DNA of 64,000 nt, from the NCBI GenBank assembly GCA_043228905.1, contig JBHGNT010000012.1, positions 4,216,001-4,280,000 of the forward strand. The letters run 5' to 3'. The DNA comes from Azolla caroliniana (lineage: Eukaryota > Plantae > Polypodiophyta). Shown here in pieces: positions 47,801 to 61,400 of this stretch. A program made the translations under genes and the position numbers. The notes beneath the pieces are model-generated. The model was given only the letters and a program-made list of their open reading frames with translations. It ran no database searches and had not been told where the DNA came from. The number at the start of each line of letters is the position of its first letter. Within the stretch, counting starts at the first letter, position 1.

Positions 47801-50306
47801 TATAGTTCTACATCACAAAATTGTGTAAACATAGATGTTTTTTACAATATTATAGATATTTTTTAGAAAAGTAAATAATTTTCAAATTCTAGAAGTATTT
47901 TACGTACTTTACGTATTTTATAAGTATTTAACATATTAAGAAAACGTATTTAACGTATTTTTAAATTGGGAGGTACTATACGGGTATTAATACGTTAAAT
48001 ACGTATGGTATCCGTACCGTACCTAACGTACCTAACAACCTTGAATACCACACTAGTCTCAAAACTATTGATGACTGCAGTCCTATTCAACTTATGAATA
48101 CAAATTTATCAATACAGTCTTGGTTTTCTGATATAGTTGGGGGGATATGATAGCAGCCACACCTTCATAAAAGAATCATGAAACTTGCATACAAATTGCA
48201 GTCTTGCATACTGTCCAAAAATATGACCCAAGGGAGCCAAAACTATACAAATGGACCTGGAATCTAGTTTGCTTTAACCTATTCAAAAGATGATATATAT
48301 TACCATCATGCCCTCGCGTATTGCTTGGAGATTTACGTCCAGCCTTTGATCAATGTTCAAGGGCGGATTAAGCCACAACTCAAGCATGCATACTAGAATA
48401 ATAGATTGAATGTACTGATATGGGAATATTAGCTTCTTTTTAAATATTATGCACCTGATTAAGATGGAGAGAGAGTTCATGATGTATATATCATAGCTTT
48501 TAGCCATGTTATAATCAATATACCCATGAAACAAGGCCCATCTGCTGGAAAGAGGTCTAGGTGCATTGCATACTAGAGTGCCTCTACCATGCATTTTAGA
48601 TTAAGAATGTGGACTATGGTCTATAATAGCTCAAGCTTGCCACCAGGACTGGATAGAACAGAGAAAATAAATGAATGAATAGAAAATGGACAAGAGATAG
48701 CTACCTCATATATATCCAGAAGCTGTACAAAGCTATCCAATCTCTAGATTTTTAAATCCGTCCAATATTGTACTTCATTGATTCAAGAGCAATGAATTTC
48801 AATTCAAATTTTTATACTTTCATCACTGTATATTATCAATGCCATCTGCTGTTACCCTCTACCCACAGCCTTTAGCAGTTATAGATTCAGCAAGTTCAGC
48901 CAAAACACGGAAAAGAAAAAGCAAATGAGAAATTGCATCACCTCACCAGTTTTCCAGCATCATCGACAACAGGCAAGCCTGTCACCCGATTGTGTACCAA
49001 CAATTCAAGAGCTGTTGACAGAATGCACAAAAATAAAGAGTTTCAAATTTCAGTAATTAGCAAGAAAATATCAATTTTCCAAAAAATGAGCTCCTAAAAA
49101 CACTACAGGAGGTATCTTTAAGCTGTGCAGTATTGATAAGAGCACAAATGTTCACCTTCATCTACAGTAGTCGATGACTTGACTACAAAAAGATCATTCA
49201 ATTTTGTCATAAAATCGCCAACCGTGTAAAATTCATGTTTAGCCTGCAAATGGATATCATGTTTGAATATTTTCATCAGATAAACGATGAATGAAAATTT
49301 TGATTTTGGGCTATCCCATCTGTGCACTCCCTTCTAGATGAGCCTAAATATATGGCTTCTCTCTCAATCCAATATAATTCAAGGTTCTTATTATCATGAG
49401 TACAATCTCGTAATGTCCAATTACTTAATCTAATCTTACATTGTTATTGTCCCACGCTCTCTCTTAATATCTTATTAATCACACAAGCTAATCACAAATA
49501 ATAGTAGCTAGGTTAATACTCCCTGATCCATCAGTGAACAACATAAATACATGTGAAGAGATTTCAAAAACTTTCAAGTGATAGATTTGAGGATGTCAAG
49601 ACAATTGGGCACTCTACCAAATCAGATTCAAATATCATTCCATGTTTTAACATCAACACCAGTATTGCAGCCAGAGCCACAGATTCCGGAATTCCAATAC
49701 GTAAGAAATACCGAAAACTATGGCATATCAGAATTTGTACTTTCTATGTCCTCCGATTACATGTTTTTTAATGTTCGATTGTCATTCAATAAACAAATAA
49801 TGTACATTTCTCCCAGCATCACACGTTTATTCATATTAGCATTCAGTGGCAAAACTCACTAGAACCACATTAACAATGTGGTAGCATTAAAGAATAAAAA
49901 CGAGTATCAAAACAAGGTGAGCAACTCCCATGTGAGAAAAGGCAAAATAACAACCCTGAAAGATGGAATGGGCATTAAAATAGAAAATTTATGGGCTTAC
50001 TGGAAGTGGGTTTTCCATGAGAGCAGCAGCTGGAGAGTATTTCCATGGTCTCTGCGATTGACAAACCCTGGTTTTCCGGAGAGAAGTAGAGACGGCGATA
50101 GTTCCTGATGCAGAGGAGGCCAGAGCGTCCACAGGAACATTGGAAGTTCGACAAAAGAAGGGTAAAGAAGGAGAAGAAGGAGAAACGTCGTGAGAGGTCC
50201 CATAGGAGGCCAAGTTGAACAAACAAGCAGAAGAAACCGATGAAGGAGAAGCAGCAGCCGAAACAGAGGAGGAAGAAGAAGGTCTGGAGAACAGAGCTAG
50301 ATCCAT
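44875..50306 (-). CDS. CBSX: Chloroplast CBS-domain protein of the CBSX1/CBSX2 type; exons 50306-50001, 49243-49156, 49011-48947, 46184-46136, 45476-45424, 45334-45219, 45089-45032, 44937-44875
   Basis: Ser-rich transit peptide, then YTVGDFMT..TTVDEALELLV..RVTGLPVVDD.GKLVGVVSDFDLLALDSISG..TWKAFKELQKL..VGEVMTPSPLVVRE.TNLEDAARLLLETKYRRLPVVDDSGKLVGLLTRGNVIRAAL. All introns are GT-AG and phase-compatible. Confidence 0.95.
47233..48043. mobile_element. Non-autonomous hAT-type element (811 bp) in CBSX intron 3
   Basis: 8-bp TSD AATACCAC at 47225-47232 and 48044-48051; TIR CA(T/A)GGTTGTT; clustered subterminal (T)ACGTA motifs. Confidence 0.88.
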
Positions 50307-50479
50307 AGCTCAACAACAACAACGACAAGGCGATTGTCTGCTGCAGACCTTCTTCTTCTTCTTCTTGGATCGAAGAAGAAGAAGAAGGAGAGAGGAGAGG
50401 CCCAAAATGTTTATCTAGATCGGATGATTGATTTGTTTGGTGTGTGTACAGTGTGTGACATGAGATGGTGCTATTCTAT

Positions 50480-50770
50480 GCTATGTATGTATGTATGGTA
50501 TGTATATATAAATGTATGCATCTATGGTATGCATATATGTATATGTATATGATATGTATGTATGGTATGCATATATGATATGTATGATATATGTATGTAT
50601 ATCATATATGTACATATAGTATATGCATATATGATATGTATGATATATGTATGTATATCATATATGTACATATAGTATATGCATGTATGTGCGTTACTAT
50701 ATATGGTTTGTTATGTATGTGTGGTATGTATACATAGTATATATGTATGTATGGTATGAATGTATGTGTG
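50480..50770. repeat. TATG/ATAT low-complexity tract upstream of CBSX
   Basis: Imperfect (ATATGT)n / (TATG)n. Confidence 0.85.
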
Positions 50771-50783
50771 CACAGTATGAAGC

Positions 50784-51044
50784 ATACGTACCATTCGTGC
50801 ATTCCCATCCTCGAACATTCTTATCATTCACGTATGAAGAACACCCTGGACGTATGGTAAATACCATACTTTTGCACAATTTATTTATTGTCAGTTTTTG
50901 TTATTTAGAGAAAGAAAGTTAAAGGTAAATAGTAAAAATTGTTTTTTTTTTTTTTAAACGAATAGAATGTTTTGATAACATACGCATTCCTTTGGAAACG
51001 TATGAACCCGAATGTCTGGGCTAACGAACGCGAATATTACGTAC
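50784..51044. mobile_element. Possible small MITE
   Basis: Imperfect inverted ends tacgtaccattcgtgcattc...cgaacattc and gaatgtc...gaacgcgaatattacgta. Confidence 0.35.
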
Positions 51045-51187
51045 TATGTATGTACGTACGGAACGAAGAATGAATAGTATACGTATGATAAGAAGAAGAA
51101 GAAATTAAAGAAAAGTTTTTGTGGAGTCAATAATAACAAAAGAAAAACGCGATGTGTGACATAAAAGTTCAAAATGTAGGAGGAAAG

Positions 51188-51259
51188 TATCAGAGCGAGG
51201 TTTCGATCCTCGGACCTGTGGGTTATGGGCCCACCACGCTTCCGCTGCGCCACTCTGAT
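51188..51259 (-). tRNA. tRNA-iMet: Cytosolic initiator tRNA-Met (CAT)
   Basis: ATCAGAGTGGCGCAGCGGAAGCGTGGTGGGCCCATAACCCACAGGTCCGAGGATCGAAACCTCGCTCTGATA: A1-T72 pair, GGG/CCC anticodon stem, ATCG T-loop. CAA just upstream and TTTT about 15 nt downstream. Confidence 0.97.
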
Positions 51260-51487
51260 TTGAATGTAATTGACTATAGACTTGTAACTAATCATATATT
51301 CATTAATAAATTGTCCTTCAAATATTATCTTAGTTTCTCTCTCTCCTCACTATTTTCTAATCATATATTTCCTTATCTCATGCTTACATATGGATCAAGC
51401 TCTAACAGTATCATAAGTATATATTCATTAATAAGTAGTCTTTCAATATATGTATAATCTTAGATCGAAACCTCGCCCTAATACATA

Positions 51488-51527
<40 letters not shown>

Positions 51528-54500
51528 ATTTGTAATTTTAGTTGACTCTAGTGGTAAGTTGTTAGATTACTAATCTTATGTCTTGGGTCCATACATATAT
51601 TCCCTTAATTTACTAGATTTCACTTTGGAATGTAGGGGTTGGGATTGAAGTTTTGAACACATCACCTTCTGCTCTCCATCGGACAACCTTTTGTGTGTGC
51701 ACACATGTGCGTGTGCAAATTCTCCTCCCTTTCTCTTTTGAGAATTGAAGCATTTGAAAATAAACGAATTGTCATCGTTGTTGTGTGTATACGTATAATG
51801 TGTGTGTGTGTGTGTGTGTGTGTATGATGGGATGGGATGGCTAAGAGTGGCGCAACAAAAGTGTGGTGATAAGAAGATTTGGGATGAGGAACATACGAAG
51901 CATTGACAATTCTTACCTTTATCCCCTAATGGATATATGTAGCAAATTCCCACAACCTTTCCAAGTTGAGACATACCAACCTCCATCTCTTAGGGGGCAC
52001 ATATCTATGCCCTCTATTTACAAGTATGTATGAGGAGCCTAAAGAACATATGAATTGATGTAATAACACCTTATATGCAAACAAAGGAGATGCTTGCAAC
52101 ACTCATTATGGTCTTGGTAGGTGACATAGGTTCCTTATGTCATGTTTCTAGCCTCTTGAGTTAAAATACCATCATGATGTCATCCTCTCGCTTGGCCTGG
52201 CCTCTTGGGTTAAAATAACATCTCACCATGTCACATAGATCATATATTTGACTAGTTCCATGGATGTTGATACTCTCTAGCTTTCAAGAATACTTGATAG
52301 ACGTGAGCACAATAAGTGCCTATGTCGTCTGGTTCTAAAACCCCCACCAAATGAAATGGAAAATATTAGCATGTGCTTTGTTTCTCGGTGGTGATGAATA
52401 CTCTTATGTCAATTTTAGCTAGAGATGTACTTAGCAAATTGTAAGAATACCACAAAAATTACTCACAAAAAACTGCAAAACATGCACAAGTCACGAAACC
52501 ACCTCATGCCATGACACTAGGACACCATTCGTTCATATTTCTTACGTTTCGTTCTCTTATGACTCCAACAAATGAAACTAATGTTTGGGTATATATGATC
52601 ATGTAGACATATGAATATATATGATAATGCCATTTAACGCAATTTCTAGCCACAATCTATCTTACATGCATGTTTCTTTTCTTTTAGTTCATTCGATTCA
52701 ATGGATACACACTCCAAATGGGTTTCCATAACATGTTGCGTGCAATGCACGTTCGAATTGTGGGCATGCTTGTGATAAATATTAGGTTGCATTTAATTGA
52801 ATCCTCAAATGGATTTAATCAACACAATGTATGGATTTTCATTCCAAAACTATTTAGGGCACACTCAACCCTTGCTGTATGTCTTGACTCTTGACCAAAC
52901 CAATCAAGAGTTCAACAAAAAAGGAATACTATCGATCCAATGGAACAATCCATCCATTGAAGAACATGATTATTGGTCAATCCAAAATTAATACTTTTTT
53001 GAAATTTAATGGAATAAAATTGAAATAAGAGAAAAATATAACACTCATTACATTTTATTGGATATGGTGCACTTCTTGGTTCAACATGTACCCTCTCTTG
53101 AAAATCCATAGTTGCACGATATTAATGCTTAACAAGGTATGGTGCAACATAACCTCTCTTGAAAATCCATAGTTGGACCACATTAATGCTTAAGAGGTAT
53201 AATCATGGTGTGTTCCATCATTCAAATATAGAACACAACATGAGCTATTTTTGTACACAACTTGCAAGAATACAACAATTGGTGTATGCTGGCAATGTTA
53301 AAGGTGTTCCATCGACTGTACTAGTTGCACAAGTGGAGTATCTCGTGTTGTAATACTCCAAAGTACATGTTGCACCTCTACATGCTACATCGAGAACAAA
53401 CAAACATACCACGTTAAAAAAATGCTCACAACACAATGCATAGATGACTTACACAAAAAATAGAGTTTTGGTTGAAACATGAGAAAATGTCAACATTACT
53501 TTTAGTGTCAAGGAACCTAGAATGACAAGTGAGACATGGAAAATTTGACGTTGATTTACTATTAAATAGTGTCTAAAATTCTAGCAATAATAAGTTTTAC
53601 TATTAGGAATGCTAGACATTTTAGTTGTACGAAATGATATAGAAAGTACGCATGAAGATTCTCTTATAAGATAAAACAAGGTAATTTTGGCAATACTTTT
53701 GCTAGTAAATAATGTCAAATTTCCCAATGATATCTTTAATGGTAAGAAATGCCAATATTGACATGTACATAGAAGAGTCTTGGGATGAGAAACAACGAAA
53801 TTGCAAGATTGCTCCACTAAAGCATCACAAATTTTGTTTTAAGGAAAAGTTTAGTAACGATTCTCGAGAATAATTTGTTGTACATACTACCAATAAAGAA
53901 ATGAAGGAACAAAGTTGTCTCTTTGGCCAATTCATTGATGAAACCATCAATAAAAATGACCAAGTAACATAAGAAACTAATTAATTATCAAATTTGTAAT
54001 GGTATGACTATCATTAATTATGATCACAAATATAAGAATTGGTAAATTAACGCTTAAAAAACCTTGAGGGATTTGATCTGGGACGCCATGTCTACGATGG
54101 TTAATCATTACTACAAATTAAATACAAAATAAAACAAGATTAGATAACCATCAACCCAAAAGTCAGCAAATATCATGTGGATATATATATATATATATAA
54201 ACAACTTAACCTCCATGGGGGAGAGCATCGAGATAGTAAACATTATAATTAAGATGAAAGGCGAGGATTACGGAGAGTAATATAGTAATATTTGGAGACT
54301 CTTGTTGTGCATGGTTGCCACAAATTACACAACCACATAGGTAATTATTCCCTTTATAGCAATTCATCACTCACACTATCTCATATCCCACATTCTATAT
54401 CCAAAGACATCTATTTAATGTGGTTGGTCGCCACACGTAGTAATTATTCCATTTTTAGCCATTCATGGGTTAAAATATATGTTAATATCACACATTCTAT

Positions 54501-57500
54501 TTCCATTGGTTAAGGAAATTTGTTTAAACACATACCACCACTATCCAACACGACTCCAATCTCATTATTGAACTAACTTAGTACATATATGACACTTTGC
54601 ACGACTCGAGATGTTGCTAACGCGATATGTAAATCAATATGTTGTATATATATATATATATTATGGTGACACATTATGGCAATGCAACATAATCAAGTGT
54701 TCAAATCTCACAATCGTAGTGTTTTGGGAAAGGGGGGAGGGGGAAGTGTGTTCAGATCTTCCTCTTCTAACTCCAAATGATATCCCCAAAGAAGAAACTA
54801 AGAAAATTACAAGTATGAAGAGAGGTGAAGGATATGTGTGGAAGAATGCATGAGGACCTATTGTAGGATGTACATCAAACAACACAAATATACGACAAGA
54901 GGGGAAATAGTAAAGGAGACTTTGATTCTGAACTTCAATAGAAGAACTTCTTCTTCTTTTTCTCTGTAACTCTTACACTCTAAGACTCAAGAGAATCAAC
55001 AATACAATGTTGGAGTTGAGCTTATATACTCAAGCTCTAACTCCAAGACGTGTTCACACTAAAGATACAAATTGGAAGGAGTCGACCTTTTATGCCAACA
55101 AACTCTCCTGTAAAAGGACTACTCTTTCTACATACAATGGCAAGGGGGTTACCTCCCCCGTAAACCTAGATTACAATTTTAATCTAAAGTTATAATTACA
55201 AGTCATTCGACATATAGCCAAGTTGGCAGAGGTAAAGTCAGTATCTATCCTGATTCGGCTAGTCATCTGGGTCAATTTGTCCGAGTTGGTCGGATCGACC
55301 TGTTCGAATTGTCTTGCGTCCGAATCAGCTCGTTTGTCTAGATCGGCTCATGTCCGATTCTGACTCTCAGCCTTGGGTTGATCGTCTGCCATCCGCTCAT
55401 GTTTGCTCCTGTGCTCCTTGTGGGATCTTCTATTTGTCTTCAGGTTCGTTCGCCCCTTGATCATTTCTTCTCCAATCGATATCATCGCTCAGTGTTGTGT
55501 CTTCAGCTTCCTGGCATTCCGATTCTTTTGCCTTTTCGGTTTGTTCGATCGGGCCATTCTTTGATTTACCTTCTGTTCCTCGTTCGACTTTTTTTTGCTC
55601 GGTCGCTTGTCATAGTCCCATCATTGTCCTTAGTTTTCCGAAGCGTTGTTTTGGGAGTGGCTTCATCAGGCAATCGGCGATGTTCACCTTAGTGTTGATC
55701 TTCCGAACTTCGAGCTTCTTCTTTGTTATGAGTTCCCAGATATGATGAAACCGCACCTCAATGTGTTTCTTCTTCGCATAATAGACTGGATTCTTGATGA
55801 GTTGTATTGCACTGTACGAGTCATAGTAGATGGTCGGCACTGGATGCTCGATTTGTCTTGTAGCCGAGAAATTGGTTGACAGTCGGTGCAACCATATAGC
55901 TTCCTTTGATGCCTCTAATGTTGCTATGTACTCAGCCTCGGTGGTAGACAAGGTTGTGCACTCTTGAAGTTTCGACCTCCATGATATGGCGCCATCACCA
56001 CATGTGAATACATAGCCTGATGTCGACTTCTGGTTGTCCGTATTTTCAACATAGTTGGAGTCGGTATAGCCTTCGACCTTTGGTCGGGTTGGCCGATCTG
56101 AAAGTTAGTTGTGCATATTTGGTTCCTCTTAGATACTTAAGGATGTGCTTGACGGCCTCCCAATGCTTCCGTCTAGGGTTCGACATGTACCAGCTGACGA
56201 CCCCTATGACATATGGAAGGTTGGGCCAGGTCGCCACCATTGTGTACATGATACTTCCTATGACTGATGCATAGGGTATCTTTCGATTGAGCTTTCTCTC
56301 CTCTTCCATTGAGGGAGAGTCTTTGTCCGATACTCGGATCAACGTCGAAAGCGGTGTTGGTGCCGGGTTCGTGTTCTTCATGTTGAAGCGCCTCAACACC
56401 TTTCAGATGTTGTCCTTAGCTTTCCGATCTCGGCTTGATTGTTCCCTGCAATCCGCATCTCATCTGCATGTAATCAGATAGATCTGGGACTCGTTGGCCA
56501 ATTGCCGAATAAATGCATGGGTCAGAGTCGGATCGGTGGTAACCAAGTTGCCTGATGTAGTAGTCAAACTTCTGGTACCACATCCTCGACGCTTGTTTTA
56601 AGTCGTAGAGGCTTTTCTTCAGTCGACGTATGAGGCGACCTTCCTCCTCCGTCGCTGTGAAGCCTGTCGGTTGAGACATATAGATGTCTTCTTCCAAGTC
56701 TTCATGTAGGAATGTTGTCTTGATGTCCAACTGCTCAAACTCTAGATCTTCAGTCGCCACAACCCCGAGTAGGCGCCGAAGGGTGGTCATCTTGACTACG
56801 GGTGAGAATATCTCGTCGTAGTCAACCCCATGTTCTTGTTTGAATCCCTTTGCGACGAGCCGAGCTTTGTATTTGGGCTTCTCTGAATTGCATACATATT
56901 TATATCTGAAGATCCATTTCTAGGGTAGCGGCGTCCTTCCGGTTGATAATTCAACCAACTCCCATGTTTGATTATGATGAATCAAATCTATCTCGGATTT
57001 CATGGCTTGTAGCCATGTGTCAGCATCCGACGCGACTATGGCTTCCTCGTAGGAGCTCGGTTTGCTTGTGTCTGTGTAGTTGATGTAGTCAAGGCCCGAT
57101 TGATAAAACCCTGTCGGCCTTCTGACTCATTTGAATCTCCTTGGTGGCGACCGAGATTATTTGAACCGTCTTCATGAGCCCTATTGGATGACTCACCCCT
57201 GCAATAGGATTTTGGCAATGCCGAGTCATCCTCTCTTATTTTGAGATTGATTGACGGAGTGGCCTTTGCCTTGGTCGGTTTAACTTTGTCCTTGTCAGCT
57301 TTCGTCAATCTCGTAATCGAATCGATTTCAACTGGTGGACCCCTTGCCGATTCGGAGTCAGCAAGGGTGTTGTCGGCTCGGTCGGTTTCGACCATTTGTC
57401 CAATCTCCGATTCGGCTTGGTGAGCATTTCCTTCTACAACATCTCTATCAATTTCGAAGGAAACCTTTTTACCAACTATTTTCTGTTGGTTCCGCACAGA

Positions 57501-58221
57501 AACAATCGAGTCTTCATTGAAGACCACGTCACTACTCCGGATCAGTTTCTGGTTCTCTAGGTCCCACAACCTATACCCAAAGTCCCCATCGGTTCCATAA
57601 GTGAGAAATATACATTTTGTTGCATGGGGCGCCAACTTGGTCCTTTCCTCCCTGGGGATAAAGGTGTAGGCTTTGCATCTGAATATACGAAGTCTGTCAT
57701 AAGTTGGTTGTTTGCCTGACCATAGTGCCTGTGGCACTTCGAGTTTGATTGCTTTCAACGACGATAGATTTATCAAGTAAACTGCCATCTGTAATGCTTC
57801 GACCCAGAATTCCAACTTCAGTTCGGATTGCTAGAGCATTGTCGTCGCCCTCTCCTGGATCGTCCGGTTGATTCATTCTGGTGCGCCATTCTGCATGGGT
57901 GTGTATGTGTTGAGAATCAAGCTCAACTTGGTCTAGTCTGTGAACTCACCTTGAGAGTGAAGAGACACTCAAACGGTCAAGAGTCGCCATTATGTCACCA
58001 CTTTGTATTCTAGCATTTAGTATGAGTCATAGAATCATATTCTATGACACATAACTTATGAGCTTTCACATTCCCCATGCTCCATGAGTCTTGTAGTTAA
58101 TGAAGAGAGAGGGTGACTACATAAAGCACCCTCCTCCCACCTTGTATAATGTTGTGTCTTTCTCCTTTGTTAATATACTTAACCTTGCGTATACTCTGTG
58201 TCTCTTTCTCTCTCTCTCTCT

Positions 58222-58264
<43 letters not shown>

Positions 58265-58309
58265 CACACTTGTTCCACTTCACAAGAATCCATCTCTTGA
58301 TTCTTTACA

Positions 58310-58323
58310 TGGTATCAGAGCGA
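58310..58323 (+). promoter_or_regulatory. PBS for initiator tRNA-Met
   Basis: TGGTATCAGAGCGA is complementary over 14 nt to the mature 3' end of the tRNA at 51188-51259. Confidence 0.95.
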
Positions 58324-58468
58324 TTTGGTAGCTCGATCTAGCCCATTCGCCTCATCGTGATCGTGTGTTGTGCTCCATGCCGACGACCAAGAACCGGCTC
58401 ATCGCTATCGTAGCTTCGCTACATAGTTCGCATTCGAAGAGAGAAGAAGAAGAAGAAGAATCGACATA

Positions 58469-61400
58469 ATGAATACTCAAATGGGGAGTGCTCTCCCTAC
58501 TGAGAAGTTGGATCGAAACAACTTCGCAACTTGGGAGTACAAGATGCACCAATACCTTGTTGGACAAGGCTATTGGAGCTACATCAACGGAGCGCATGAA
58601 GACCGACCCGCCGAAGCGGCTCCCGGATACGCGACATGGGAGCAAGCCGCAAGCCGCGTGATGTATTGTTTGGCGACATGTGTTCACGACCACATGCTCG
58701 GTTACATTCGAGAAGCCAAGACGCCGAAGGAAGAGTGGGAAAATCTACGAAAGATTTTCGCCGCCAACACGACCGCGAGGAAGCTTCAACTCCGCCAAGA
58801 GTTGAACAACATTCAACAAAGGGACATGTCCATCACGACATACACCTTGAATATCAAGGAGCTTTGCGACTCACTCAGCTCAATAAGCGTAAGTATAGAT
58901 GATGATGAGATGGTGCAAATATGCCTCGGCGGCCTCGCACCACGGTTCGGCATGATGCGAACCGTCGTTCTAGCACGAGAGAAATCTCCCTCCTTCTTCG
59001 AGCTCCAATCAATGCTATTGGTCGAAGAAAACCACGTGCGTACAAGGAGCAATGAGTTGGAAGGCCACATGCTCTACACACACTCTAATGGAGGAAGAGG
59101 ACGCGAACGAGCGAGAGGCCGATTTGGCCAAGGACAAGGCGGACGAGGTCCGACCTACGACAACAACTCCCAATTTCAGCCGCAAAACGGAGGCCAACGA
59201 GGAACCTTCACAAGAAGGGGGAGCTTCCACTCCAGGCCGAGCCATCAAAACGCAACCGAATGCGAATATTGTGGAAAGCTCAGCCACCACGAAGAAGAGT
59301 GCCAAAAGAAGATGCGTGAATCAGCTTCCACAAGCCAACAACTCACGAATTACTCACACAATTCCAACTACGAAGAGTATAGCGGAATGTACGGGAACAA
59401 CTCCGACTACGAAGATCGTGGCGGAATGTATGCACGCAACTCCGACCGTGGCGTGAATGTTCATGATGAAACATAGAGCAAACTCTATGTTGGCCTCTAC
59501 CTCAACTAGTGCCTCCAGTCCGGAAGACGTATGGTTCGTCGATTCCAGTGCCTCAAACCATATGACATTGCATCAAGAATGGTTCCGAGAACTTCGAGAG
59601 CCAGACCGACTCGGCTATGTCGAAACCGGAGATGACACTACGCACCCGATTCGGCACATCGGCAATGTTCTGTTCGGAAAAGAAGGTAAGCAAAATTACA
59701 TTAAAAATGTCTTGCATGTACCGACCATTACGAAGAATTTGGTCTCCGTCGGCCAAATTGTAGAGCAAGGGATGCAAGTTCGATTTAATCAAGGCGGTTG
59801 CTTCATTGAAAAAGAGGGCCGACTCATCGCACGCGGACGAAGAGAGGGCCAAATGTTCATTCTCGACTCACACGAGATGAAATCCGCCATGTTCGCAAAG
59901 GGCATGAAAGACGATTCCGACATAGAGTTATGGCACAAGCGGATTGGCCATATAAATCTCCAAAAGCTCAAAGCAATGAAATCGAAAGGAGTTTTCATAA
60001 GACTCCCAACATTCAAAGAGAAGGAGTTTGAAGGTGTATGCAAAGCGTGCCAATTCGGCAAGCAACACCGACACCCATTCCCGAAAGAGCGGAACGTGAG
60101 CAAAGGTCTAACTCGAGTAGTCCATTCCGACGTATGGGGACCGGTGCAGATGGCTACATTCGGTGGATGCCGATATTACGTGCTCTTCATCGACGACTTC
60201 TCCAGGCACAATTGGATCTACCCGATGCGGCAAAAGAGCGAAGTGTTCGGACACTTCCAAAATTTCAAGAATGAAGTCGAGAAAGCCACATGCCGACATG
60301 TACGTTGTCTTCGATCGGATGGCGGCAAGGAGTACTTCTCGGATGATTTCACGGCGTATCTTCGAAAGGAAGGAATTCGGCGAGAATTCCTTTGCCGACA
60401 CACTCTGCAACAAAACGGGGTAGCCGAGCGCGAAAATCGGCACATCCTCGAAGTAGCGCGGGCCATGATGAACGAGAAGCATATGCCCAAGTCATATTGG
60501 GCCGAAGCTGCAAATACGGCCGTCTACCTAATGAACCGGTGCACAACATCCGGCATGCACGAGGTCACTCCGCACGAAATATACTTCAGAAAGAAGCCGG
60601 ACTTATCGCACATCCGCATATTCGGAGCGATAGCGTACGTGCACATCCCCGATGAGGAGCGTCAAAAGCTTGACCCGAAGTCGGAGAAATGTATCGTCGT
60701 AGGATACTCATTGGAGCAAAAGGGGTACAAGTGCTACAACCCTTCAACTCGAAAATCTCGAGTAAGTCGAGACATCGTTTTTGACGAGTTCGCATCCTGG
60801 TACGCACCAAAGACAACTCCGACTCCAACTCCGCTCGACCCGGAATTCGCTGAACAAGAGATCGAGGATGAAGATCGCCTTACGTGCATATTCGAAGAAA
60901 GTCCGATCATGACCCGATTGAGCGGACCACAAGAGCCGTTGAGCGATCAAAGCACATCACGGCCTAGCCCAAAGATGGACAAAGGCAAGGCGAAAATGTC
61001 AGAATACGAAGATGATCGCTTCAACGACAATGAGTCGACTCACTCACTCGACAATGAGTTCGGCAATTTCGAGGTACCAATCGGAGCTAAGAAAGCCCTC
61101 ATCTCTGCAAATGAAAAACTCCGCCGATCCACCCGTGAAAAGAACCCATAAGCCGATTCGGCTACAACGATTATATGGCGTACCATTACGCCTTTATGAT
61201 GAAGGTAGCGACAGTACGGGAGCTGGAAACCTTTTTGGAAGCCGCGAAGGACCCGCGATGGATCGAAGCAATGAACGAGGAGATGCATGCACTATGGAAG
61301 AACGAAACGTGGGATCTCGTTTCCACCTCACCACACAAAAAGGCGATCGGATGCAGATGGATCTACAAGGTAAAGTTTAACGCCGATGGCTCCGTAAACC

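Noticed and set aside
40330-50306. CYP28 and CBSX as a functional plastid-redox gene cluster
   Set aside because: Adjacency of two plastid-protein genes is unremarkable without synteny or co-expression data.
51560-54850. Possible degraded TE or LTR relics
   Set aside because: No boundaries or protein motifs could be supported.
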